Positions 46,695 through 55,389 of a DNA stretch of 64,000 nucleotides are shown here, piece after piece (position 1 is the first letter of the stretch; every line of letters starts with the position of its first letter). The stretch is from a virus. The notes beneath the pieces are model-generated. The model did no database searches. It was not told the origin of the DNA and saw nothing but the letters and a program-made list of their open reading frames with translations. Location of the stretch: positions 9,123 to 73,122 of IMG/VR virus record IMGVR_UViG_3300044722_000002; one strand, 5' to 3'. The position numbers and the translations under genes are program-made.

Positions 46695-47450
46695 TTGCCG
46701 ACTATAACTGAGCTTTGCGACAATGTTCTCCTAAGACTTGGGGACCCTAGGAGTAACCGACCCTCCTACGCGCAAGCTCTCAATACCGTCTGTACGAACG
46801 TTCGGACAATCAAACGTCACCAGCGAAACACTTCAAATCCGTGGAACTACAATGACACGATAGTTCAAGTCGCCCCGGGTGTTCCGTCGTATCAGATTAC
46901 AGCAGCGGACTTCGGCACTCCTTTGGTAGTGCTTACCTGGGACCCGACTAACCCAGCGTGGATTGCCCGTCCTGTCCCGTTCTTCCAACCACAGAACATT
47001 GACACCTACGACTGGGGTTATCAACAGAATTCCGCTTTCGCGTTCACTCCTTATGATGGTTCGAACTGTACAGCCCAACGATGTGCTTTCTATTGGCGAG
47101 ACAATCAAGCCTACGTTGACTTTCTGCCTTTGCCGATGTCAGGTGCGTCATACAAAATACGTTACCTTCAATCAGCTAATGGAGTGAACTCGGCCGCGTT
47201 AACATCCTCTCCGCTTACCAATGAGGATGCTGATCTGTGCGAAGTCCGATCTGCCTTAGGACTGCTGGCTTTAACTGAATGGTCTGATTCGTCCGCTAAA
47301 GATGGACGTGATTACAACGCGGAACGTAGACGTGATCTATCCGCAACCCTGCAAGGTGAAGAAGCGGAACTACGTCGTCAATTCGAAGCAAGTCAACTGA
47401 TCACAACCGGGCCAAGAGTCTATGAGCGATGGAACAACATCACGGGTTGA
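46695..47450 (+). CDS. Putative head-tail adaptor protein
   Basis: T..EL...V..RLGD, PWN, T.....G...Y.I..DF, ..LP.P...Y.IRY pattern. Confidence 0.6.
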   Translation: MPTITELCDNVLLRLGDPRSNRPSYAQALNTVCTNVRTIKRHQRNTSNPWNYNDTIVQVAPGVPSYQITAADFGTPLVVLTWDPTNPAWIARPVPFFQPQNIDTYDWGYQQNSAFAFTPYDGSNCTAQRCAFYWRDNQAYVDFLPLPMSGASYKIRYLQSANGVNSAALTSSPLTNEDADLCEVRSALGLLALTEWSDSSAKDGRDYNAERRRDLSATLQGEEAELRRQFEASQLITTGPRVYERWNNITG

Positions 47451-47718
47451 CGATGTAACCGAGTTGTTGGCCAACGGCGCACGGTTACCCGAACATCCCG
47501 CTTCGACTAACTCGTTAAAAGTAGTCTCGTTTGGCACCGTAAGAGACGATGGTGACGGGACGATCCTTAAGGGTGGATTACATGAGAATGAGGTTCGAAT
47601 CTTGATGAGCGGGCATCCGGGAGCGTTGGGCCACCTTTACCGATTTGTGATTCGAAACCAGCGAATCTACCACACTCGTTCACTGGTTACGATTGACGTT
47701 CTCTGCGAAGATGCCTGA
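47422..47718 (+). CDS. Hypothetical protein
   Basis: Fills the gap and overlaps the TerL start. Confidence 0.4.
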   Translation: MSDGTTSRVDDVTELLANGARLPEHPASTNSLKVVSFGTVRDDGDGTILKGGLHENEVRILMSGHPGALGHLYRFVIRNQRIYHTRSLVTIDVLCEDA

Positions 47719-50700
47719 ACCAACCCTAGAACATGTACTTGATCTTCTCGCCAGTTCGACGCCTGAGCAGGTTGACAAAACAATGTCATGGCTCAAGGCG
47801 AACATTCCTGATACCTATAAAAGACTCAGCGCCTACCTTAAACTAAACAAAGGTATTTTTATTGAGCGGCGCGGGCCGGAGCATTGGTTAAAGACTCTTG
47901 GTGCGCAGACGTTCACCCGTCCCTTTGCTCCAATTCAACGAAGATTTTGGGAGTGGAACTGGGGAGCGTTAAATAAAGTACGAAACGGAGTCCCGCTTGA
48001 TCCGAAAGAGACGGTTGGGTTTCTACCGTGGCCCAGAGAAACAGGAAAGTCGAGCCACGTGGAGTGGGCGGCAATAGCCGAGGGAGCCATACTTAAAAGC
48101 GGCTATGTTATTTACCTCTCCGCAAAACTCTCACAAGCAATAGACCACGTGGTTGCGATTCGTGATCGCATCGAGTCGGAACACGTGGCTGAGACCTACC
48201 CGTGGCTGGGAAAACCAAAACTAGGAGCGCACGGAAATAAGTTCGGCTGGGGGCAGGAGTTTTTAATGACTTCGGGCGGCTGGTCTATTCGACCAGTCGG
48301 AGCGGATGTAGCGATGCGCGGCGGGAAGTCAATCAACCTTAGACCATCTATGGTGATTTGTCATGAACGCGGCACGCGAATGCTGCATGAGAGCCAGTGG
48401 ATCAAAGTAGAAGATCACCCCACGGCCAAAGAGCACCGATCTGATGGCGTTGAGGTGCAACTGCACGGACTTCCATTCAGGGAAACGGTTTCGCTGGATC
48501 ATCGGTATAAGGTTATTAGCAAGAGACGAACTACGGTTAACGGAGAGAAGAATGTTTATGTTTGGACTGCGCCAGCGTGGGTGAAAGGCAGTGATCTTTC
48601 CGAAGAGTGTTACGTCGGTCTGCCTATTGATTTCTCTGTGAAACCGCTCCAGCCTGTCTTAAAAGATTTTAGTCGGAAGAAAATTGTTGGACGTGATAAA
48701 AAGGGCCGAATCACTAAATATGAGAACGTGGGTTTGGAGCGTGTGGTTATTGAGGAGTTTTTTGATCCCGATTGGTGGTGGCTAATTGGATTGTGGTGGG
48801 GAGACGGACACTTAACAAAAACTCAGGTTGGGTGGACCATCGCCACTGCAGAGCCAGAGATATTTGCCCGCGTATCGTCCATTCTTCGTCGCTGGAATAA
48901 GCCCTATTCAGTCGTACCGAAGTCTGGATGCTCTCAAATTGTTATCGCGCATACAGCTATGAGCCGATGGCTGCGAACGTGGAAGTTAAGCAAAAAGCAA
49001 GGACATAAAGCCCCTCCCGCATGGGTGGAAAAACTTAACAGCGTCTATCAAGAGCGATTGATTCAAGGCTACGTAGCAGCGGACGGTTTTATTGACATCG
49101 CGGGGAACGGGGTTCGTATCACAAGCGTGAGTTTAGAAGGTCTGCTTGCGTTACGACGAATCCTTTTGCGATTTGGTATCTGTTCGTCTATCCGACGGGG
49201 TGTCGGGCCAGGGCAGATAGTTATCAAAGGAAGGACTTGCCAAACCCAACAAAAATATGACCTGAGATTTAGGGGTGGAGCAAGAAGTCTTGGATACCCG
49301 TTTGATGATCAAACTCGCTATGACTTTGTTCAGTATTTTATTGAGGACGGGTGGCTATGGTCGAAAATTAGATCGCTAGCCCCCGCGCTCGATAAAGTTT
49401 TCGTGCCGATAAAAACGGAAGATCATACATATGTAACGGCATTTGGTCAGTCGCACAATTGCGACGACTACGACGAGCTGGGCGACTCTCCGCACGTGGT
49501 TGAGCATAAGGAGCACATGCTAACGCGGGCCATCCTTCCGATGGGCAACGCTAACACCCGTGTGCTCGTTCCGCAGAACCCAATTCATCCGAATTCAGTG
49601 GTTAACCGAATGCTGACGGGCGCATCTCTTGCTTTGGCTATCCGTACTATCTTTGGGGAGATTAACGAAGAGGGCTCACTTAGCGCGAGACCAATCCAAG
49701 CCGTTAAGGGATTAGTGTACGAAGTTCGTCAGGCCGACGAAGGCCCGTACTCGGTCATCACGCAGGGCGAGTCTAACTGGCCCGGTATCACGGTTTCTGA
49801 CTGGGAAGGCACAATGAACAGGGTAAGCCCGGACGCGTTTGCCGCTGAATACCAGCACGATATGACGGTAGTAAAAGAGGAAAGAGTACTACCTGAATAC
49901 GATGATCGTGTTTTACGTTTACACGTAATTACCTGGAGTCAGTTTGAGGCGAAATATAAGATACGTCGAATTCCGAGAGACTGGCCCTGCGATGTTGGGC
50001 TGGACATTGGTTACACGGTGGCCCACAAGTCAGCATGGTCGTTCATTAGTAAAGTACCGCAAGCATATGAATTGTCGGGCTCAATCTTCCGCTACCGAGG
50101 CCGCACGTTCACCGGCATTGGCATAGACGAACAGGCGGTAATCATTCGCAGTGAACTTTGGCCGGAAGAAAAGATTGAGCGAGAGTACATGAGCCATGAA
50201 AAACTAGGCGAGCGAATGGTTCTGAATTCCAAGCATGACTGGCACTTTAATCCATTTCCTGATATTGGAAAATTTGCAGGGGTGGCCCAGTGGCGACACT
50301 TTTTAATGTCCGATCATTCTCAACCGCATCCGTTTCATCCTGACAGAAAAGGGATAGACGGACGTTGGGAGCTTGGTCGTCCGGCATGGTTTGACGTGGT
50401 CGATGATCGACAGTTTATCGCCCCAGTGGACGATGCGGGCATGAAAGGGCATCGCGACGGTGCTTATAACTGGCGTAAAGTGCCGGTTAAGTTAACGGAT
50501 AAAGGATTAACTATTGAGCAGCCAGCTAAGAAGGATGACGATGAATGCTTTGTGGCTGGAACTCTGATTACGACCGCGAGAGGCGAAGTCCCGATTGAAG
50601 AAATAGGCCAAAAAGATGTAGTCCTGACACGACAGGGATGGTATAGTGTTCTCGCTTGTGGCAAGACTAAATCTGAGGCTGAAATATGGACAATAACCCT

Positions 50701-51727
50701 AAGCAGTGGAAGCCAATTGAGCGGGACGAAAACACATCCGATTTGGGTTGTGGGTTACGGGTGGAAACCGTTATCGGAGATAAGGGCAGGCGAGAGGTTG
50801 TTGTCTTTAACGGAGTGCGCTTCTATCGCTACCCAGAGTCAAAGCATTGGGCGCACCGAGCCTATTTCAAGCCCCACGTACACGCCGTTCGTAAGGGAAT
50901 TGGTGCGTTACACATCGAGCTTTGGAAGTCTGTTCACGGAGATATTCCAGAAGATCACGCGGTTCATCACAGGGACCATAATCCGCTTAACAACGCCGAT
51001 TCCAATTTTGAATTACTTACCCGTTCCGAACATAGCAGCCATCACGGGAATAACATGCAGCCTGAAGTTAAGGCGCGAATGCGCGCAAATATTATCAGCC
51101 AGCAGGAATTGGCAAAGATCTGGCATCGAAGCGACGAAGGAAGGGAGTGGCACAGAAAACACGCTTACCAAAGCATTCAGCCGCCACCTAAAATTGAAAT
51201 GCAATGCATGTACTTCTTTTGTCAAAAGCTTTTTCAGGGGCGTAAGGGGGTTAGTAAGTTTTGTTCGACGGTCTGTAAGCAGCGCGATTACGACGGAGTT
51301 GTTCCCACATGGCGATTATGTTTACAGTGTAATACGCCGTTTGAAGTCGGAACCAAGGATCGCGTCCACTTATACTGCGGAGGTTTTCGTTGTAAGCAAT
51401 CAGAGGATAGATGAACTTTCCACTGTTTACAATCTTTCAGTAGAGCGTCATTCTGAGTATTTCGCTAACGGCGTGCTGGTTCATAATTGTGACAGCACAC
51501 GCGGAATTTTAACGGGTTTTGGGCCATCTGAACAGGCGATGACGCAATCACAGAAAATACAGCAAATCATCCCCGCTGGCTATCATAAATCTGAGTTGCT
51601 TTTGAGAAACGATATCCCTCCCGACGTTGCTCACATGACCGGGGAGATGGCTGACTGGCTGGCGCGAAGGACGCTTGCTTTAAGACAACCAAAAGCAGTA
51701 GACGATTATGGTCAGATTATTTCGTAA
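47711..51727 (+). CDS. terL: Terminase large subunit with two inteins
   Basis: Walker A PRETGKS; Walker B MVI|CDD interrupted by intein 1; F.AEYQ; nuclease GLDIG and DDE|CDSTR interrupted by intein 2. Confidence 0.9.
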   Translation: MPEPTLEHVLDLLASSTPEQVDKTMSWLKANIPDTYKRLSAYLKLNKGIFIERRGPEHWLKTLGAQTFTRPFAPIQRRFWEWNWGALNKVRNGVPLDPKETVGFLPWPRETGKSSHVEWAAIAEGAILKSGYVIYLSAKLSQAIDHVVAIRDRIESEHVAETYPWLGKPKLGAHGNKFGWGQEFLMTSGGWSIRPVGADVAMRGGKSINLRPSMVICHERGTRMLHESQWIKVEDHPTAKEHRSDGVEVQLHGLPFRETVSLDHRYKVISKRRTTVNGEKNVYVWTAPAWVKGSDLSEECYVGLPIDFSVKPLQPVLKDFSRKKIVGRDKKGRITKYENVGLERVVIEEFFDPDWWWLIGLWWGDGHLTKTQVGWTIATAEPEIFARVSSILRRWNKPYSVVPKSGCSQIVIAHTAMSRWLRTWKLSKKQGHKAPPAWVEKLNSVYQERLIQGYVAADGFIDIAGNGVRITSVSLEGLLALRRILLRFGICSSIRRGVGPGQIVIKGRTCQTQQKYDLRFRGGARSLGYPFDDQTRYDFVQYFIEDGWLWSKIRSLAPALDKVFVPIKTEDHTYVTAFGQSHNCDDYDELGDSPHVVEHKEHMLTRAILPMGNANTRVLVPQNPIHPNSVVNRMLTGASLALAIRTIFGEINEEGSLSARPIQAVKGLVYEVRQADEGPYSVITQGESNWPGITVSDWEGTMNRVSPDAFAAEYQHDMTVVKEERVLPEYDDRVLRLHVITWSQFEAKYKIRRIPRDWPCDVGLDIGYTVAHKSAWSFISKVPQAYELSGSIFRYRGRTFTGIGIDEQAVIIRSELWPEEKIEREYMSHEKLGERMVLNSKHDWHFNPFPDIGKFAGVAQWRHFLMSDHSQPHPFHPDRKGIDGRWELGRPAWFDVVDDRQFIAPVDDAGMKGHRDGAYNWRKVPVKLTDKGLTIEQPAKKDDDECFVAGTLITTARGEVPIEEIGQKDVVLTRQGWYSVLACGKTKSEAEIWTITLSSGSQLSGTKTHPIWVVGYGWKPLSEIRAGERLLSLTECASIATQSQSIGRTEPISSPTYTPFVRELVRYTSSFGSLFTEIFQKITRFITGTIIRLTTPIPILNYLPVPNIAAITGITCSLKLRRECAQILSASRNWQRSGIEATKEGSGTENTLTKAFSRHLKLKCNACTSFVKSFFRGVRGLVSFVRRSVSSAITTELFPHGDYVYSVIRRLKSEPRIASTYTAEVFVVSNQRIDELSTVYNLSVERHSEYFANGVLVHNCDSTRGILTGFGPSEQAMTQSQKIQQIIPAGYHKSELLLRNDIPPDVAHMTGEMADWLARRTLALRQPKAVDDYGQIIS
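48359..49459 (+). mobile_element. Intein 1 (367 aa) with LAGLIDADG endonuclease
   Basis: C1 (CHERGT), SLDH block B, LIGLWWGDG and LIQGYVAADG motifs, ends SHN|C. Confidence 0.92.
50546..51487 (+). mobile_element. Intein 2 (314 aa), no in-frame endonuclease
   Basis: CFVAGTLITTARG.VPIE, TKTHPIW, VYNLSVE..EYFANGVLVHN|C. Confidence 0.92.
50686..51414 (+). CDS. HNH endonuclease with two Zn-finger repeats, nested out of frame in intein 2
   Basis: LH..LW...HG.IP....VHHRDHNPLNN..SNFELL...EH..HH; C....CQK.F...KFCS..C; CLQCN.PF...YC...C; RBS GAGG 7 nt before ATG. Confidence 0.88.
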   Translation: MDNNPKQWKPIERDENTSDLGCGLRVETVIGDKGRREVVVFNGVRFYRYPESKHWAHRAYFKPHVHAVRKGIGALHIELWKSVHGDIPEDHAVHHRDHNPLNNADSNFELLTRSEHSSHHGNNMQPEVKARMRANIISQQELAKIWHRSDEGREWHRKHAYQSIQPPPKIEMQCMYFFCQKLFQGRKGVSKFCSTVCKQRDYDGVVPTWRLCLQCNTPFEVGTKDRVHLYCGGFRCKQSEDR

Positions 51728-51815
51728 CTAAATCATTGCGGTTACGGGCCTTCTAACGTATATTTCAGTTCGATGCGGCGACTCCCCGCAAAACCAAAGA
51801 GAGAGGTAAATAAAC

Positions 51816-52169
51816 ATGAGCGGTCTTTTAAGCTATAACAGTGCGTATCAAGTTCAGAGTGCTGACGTTGGTTACGCAATCCTTCAAGCTGGCAAGCAGG
51901 GGTATCTCACTGACGCGCTGATCGTCGCCGCGACTTCTGCCGACGATCTCATTGCCGACGTGAATGCCGCGATCGTCAGCCCCGGCGCAGAGGCTAACCC
52001 GCAGCGTAACTCCATCGCTCGTGCACTCAAGGTCGGTCAAGGGCTTGGAGACTTGTCGAACGCGAGAGTTCAGGGCGCAACCAGCGTCCAGACACTAGCG
52101 GAACTTACCTGGGTTACGAACGATCAAAGTTATCTTACTGGGCATCTAGGGCCAAATCTTTTACCGTAG
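51816..52169 (+). CDS. Hypothetical virion protein
   Basis: RBS GAGGT; promoter-like TTGCGG-N17-TATATT upstream. Confidence 0.6.
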   Translation: MSGLLSYNSAYQVQSADVGYAILQAGKQGYLTDALIVAATSADDLIADVNAAIVSPGAEANPQRNSIARALKVGQGLGDLSNARVQGATSVQTLAELTWVTNDQSYLTGHLGPNLLP

Positions 52170-52199
52170 CGATTCCAAGGGTAGAAAGGAGTAGATTCC

Positions 52200-52568
52200 T
52201 TGTTCGGTCGCTACAGTGTTTTCAAGTGGCAGTTCTGGCGGTGGCGTTATCGCTACTGGCGCAAGCGTGCGGTAAAGGCTGAAAAGCTTTTAACTGCCGA
52301 GACTAACCGCAATCGTGAACGTGAGGACGAGCTAGCCACCGCCCCGATACGCTTGGGAGGATTATTTGCCCCGCCTCCCCGAGTGACGCAAGCACCGCCT
52401 ATTGCTCAACCCGTACAGAGTGAAGGGTTGTCGTGGGCAGATAATCAGGAGTTTGAGATGTACTGGAAGCCGGACGCCGAAGCAGCCAATATCCCCGTAT
52501 CTCAAGCCATGCAAAAGTTTCGTCAAGAGTTGGCAAGCCGTCATCTAAATGACGATCCTTTCAATTAG
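52200..52568 (+). CDS. Hypothetical protein
   Basis: RBS AAGGAG, TTG start. Confidence 0.55.
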   Translation: MFGRYSVFKWQFWRWRYRYWRKRAVKAEKLLTAETNRNREREDELATAPIRLGGLFAPPPRVTQAPPIAQPVQSEGLSWADNQEFEMYWKPDAEAANIPVSQAMQKFRQELASRHLNDDPFN

Positions 52569-52574
52569 GAATGA

Positions 52575-55154
52575 ATGTCCCCCGAAAGTTATTTCACACA
52601 ACTCTCAGTTCCTCTAGCGCGCACGGCCCAAAACTTCGCGCCGCGCAAGCCGTTGGACGATACCGTCCGCAATAAAAAACTCCCCAAGACTCCCACTAAG
52701 TTTGAGCAGTCCATCCGTGAGTGGTACCAGTCAAAATTAAACTACGAAAAACTCGCGTGGGAAGAAATGATTTCAATGGCCCAACTGGTGGCCATGTTCC
52801 GCAAGGGTCAGCAGTTACTGGTTCGCCGTCCCTACGGCCCCGGTTACTATGTTCGTCCCGTTAAGGACGACTCGACTGACCGGCAGACCGCGATGAACCT
52901 TATGTCCTTTCACTCTCAGGTGAGCGAGGCAAAGGTGATTGCGTCTAACCCTACGGTCAGCATGCGCGCGGGTGATGACACCCCGGAAGCTATCGCTGCT
53001 GCGCAAGCCTGTAGGCCGACTGTAGATAATTATGAAACTGAGTGGTACACGGCAAAGTTCTCTCGTCGCGAAGCTATCCGATTCCTTACGGATGGAATGG
53101 TTATCCATCAGGTTCGCTGGAATCCGTTTAAGGGAGGGTATGAAGTTCAGGAGCGGAAAGTCTCTCGACAGGAGGTAATGATCGATCCGGGTGCGGGGAT
53201 TTGTGCTGATTGTCAACACGAAGCCGATGCCGATGAGTTCCAGCCTAGTGAGTACGGAAATAAATGTCCTAACTGTGGGAGTGAGGCGGTGGACGTTCGC
53301 AAATCCGTAAAACAAAACCTTCCACAAATCGGCATGGGCGCAAAGAAACTGGCAGGTGAACCGGAAATCATCTCAAGTCCCTTTGCATCTTGGCGTTGGG
53401 ATTTATCAAGAGACTTGGAGTTGTCCTCATGGGCCATTAAACGTCAGCGAATAACTCAGGGCGCAATCAACCTCATGTTGGGAAACGTTACCGTCCCGGA
53501 CAGTGCTAGTAGTGAAGATTACGGACTGGAACTAGTACACGCCGTTACCTATGGTGGACAAGCCTTTCAAGGAATTTCTCATACTGCTAATAATCAAAGC
53601 CAATGGGACAAACGCCCGACAATGGTTGAGGCGTGGATGTCCGCCGAAGATCAAGCAACTATTGAATGTGAAGAAGGTGACACGATCTGTGGAGTTACCA
53701 TGCCGAAAGGTCGCATGTCGGACTTCTTCAAAGGTGCGCCGGTTTGTCTTGTCGGATTAAATGATATGTCGCTGATCGTAGGGACTTTCGCGAATGAATC
53801 CCACATGCAGGAAGTAGAAACAGCTCAGTGGTTCATGGATGCCGAGTCTGGCGGTGGACGAGGAATGGAAGATACCGCCGCTGTGCAGAAAAGGTTCAAC
53901 GCGGTTGATGGGCATGTGTATAAAGGTCTGGCAACAACGGCCACCCCTCCTGTGTTCGTTGATATGCGAATGATTAAAGAGGACACTGGGCAGTACTTAT
54001 TTAAGCCCGGCGTTAATCATGACGTGAACCTTTCCATGCTTCCGGTAGGAATGAAACTGCCTGATGCTATTTACATGCCGTCTCCCGGCGCGGTGTCTCA
54101 GCAGTACATTCAATACGGCTCTCAGTTTCTCATGCAGATGCTTACGATGTCGTCGCTTTCCGTGGACTTTTCTGAGAACGTACTTCCGGTAGACAATCGA
54201 ACCGCTACAGGGGCACAGATTACCGCCCAACTGGCAAACTCACTCTATGGCCCAATGCTTATCTCGAAAGGTGAATCAAGAGTAGGGATCGCCAAGAAGA
54301 TCGTATCACTTGTAGCTAAGCATGGAGTAGCGTCGAGGTTCTTTCCGGGTAAGAGTAATGCACGTGGCCGATCAGTTTCCGGGCAGGACTTGAAGGGAAA
54401 GGTGATATTTGAACTAGTCGAGAACTCTCACCTTCCGGTAACTCCGTTTAGTCAACAGAGTGATGTGCAGAACATGTTCTTAGCGTATGGAAATGCGCAG
54501 GTGGCAATGGAGATCAAGAAGGCTGATCCTGAATTCTTCCGGGCTACATCTAAGCCTTACAACATTAACTGGGGCAGTGAGTCGGACGATAGTATTTCAA
54601 CTCTTTGTCTGTCTCGATTGGAGCAGATGAAGCAAGCGTTACAGGCGGGTGTTGACGATCCGAACATGTTGACGCAGATGATTCGACCTCCTGTGTCTAT
54701 GTACGAACCAAAGCAAGCAGAAAAGAAGCAGTGGTGGAGCGACTGGCTTGACCTCGACAGCGCGCAGAAGTCCCCGCAGGTACTCCGACAAGCGGCGGAA
54801 GCGATGTACAATCTTCATTTGAACCTTGAGACACAGAGACAGATGCCGGAATCGGTCAACGAAGGCCTTGTGGCTGGTTTGGGACAAGCCGCCGCCGCTG
54901 CCCCCTCGGCGCTCGGGGCGCAGGCGTTACAACAGAACGCCCCGCAAACTCAGGATGATCAGGAATTAGGGCTGGAAGCCGAGCATGCCATGCAACAGGA
55001 AGAGCAGGATCAGGAGGTGAAGTTAAAGGGTATGGAGTCGCATACAGCAATCAGGGTTGCAGAGATTCAAGGGGAGTCTCAGTTGAAGAACACAAAACTG
55101 GCCGGGGAAAACCAGTTGAAAGTTGCTAAAGCTAAACCAAAGAAGGTGGCGTAG
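52575..55154 (+). CDS. Portal protein (P22-like) with Zn-ribbon insertion
   Basis: 859 aa, downstream of TerL; G+Q, N.M, RTATGAQI motifs; Q/E-rich barrel tail; CADC...CPNCGS insertion. Confidence 0.8.
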   Translation: MSPESYFTQLSVPLARTAQNFAPRKPLDDTVRNKKLPKTPTKFEQSIREWYQSKLNYEKLAWEEMISMAQLVAMFRKGQQLLVRRPYGPGYYVRPVKDDSTDRQTAMNLMSFHSQVSEAKVIASNPTVSMRAGDDTPEAIAAAQACRPTVDNYETEWYTAKFSRREAIRFLTDGMVIHQVRWNPFKGGYEVQERKVSRQEVMIDPGAGICADCQHEADADEFQPSEYGNKCPNCGSEAVDVRKSVKQNLPQIGMGAKKLAGEPEIISSPFASWRWDLSRDLELSSWAIKRQRITQGAINLMLGNVTVPDSASSEDYGLELVHAVTYGGQAFQGISHTANNQSQWDKRPTMVEAWMSAEDQATIECEEGDTICGVTMPKGRMSDFFKGAPVCLVGLNDMSLIVGTFANESHMQEVETAQWFMDAESGGGRGMEDTAAVQKRFNAVDGHVYKGLATTATPPVFVDMRMIKEDTGQYLFKPGVNHDVNLSMLPVGMKLPDAIYMPSPGAVSQQYIQYGSQFLMQMLTMSSLSVDFSENVLPVDNRTATGAQITAQLANSLYGPMLISKGESRVGIAKKIVSLVAKHGVASRFFPGKSNARGRSVSGQDLKGKVIFELVENSHLPVTPFSQQSDVQNMFLAYGNAQVAMEIKKADPEFFRATSKPYNINWGSESDDSISTLCLSRLEQMKQALQAGVDDPNMLTQMIRPPVSMYEPKQAEKKQWWSDWLDLDSAQKSPQVLRQAAEAMYNLHLNLETQRQMPESVNEGLVAGLGQAAAAAPSALGAQALQQNAPQTQDDQELGLEAEHAMQQEEQDQEVKLKGMESHTAIRVAEIQGESQLKNTKLAGENQLKVAKAKPKKVA

Positions 55155-55155
55155 A

Positions 55156-55377
55156 TTGACAAAACCTCTCTCACCCTTTTTAAGAGGATTCAAGAAACGG
55201 CCCTCTCAGGATCAGGATCGTGTGGTGCGTAAGAATGAAGAAACGTACGAAGATAAAGGTTATGATCCTGAGGCAGTTGAGCGTGAAGCGGAGGTAGATA
55301 ATCAAGTGGCACGGCGGTTGGGTAAGAAGAAACGTGGACTGAAGGGTATTACCCCCGGGAAACCGGACTGGTTCTAA
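55156..55377 (+). CDS. Hypothetical protein
   Basis: TTG start just after the portal stop, with AAGGT RBS. Confidence 0.45.
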   Translation: MTKPLSPFLRGFKKRPSQDQDRVVRKNEETYEDKGYDPEAVEREAEVDNQVARRLGKKKRGLKGITPGKPDWF

Positions 55378-55389
55378 AAGGTAAACAGC

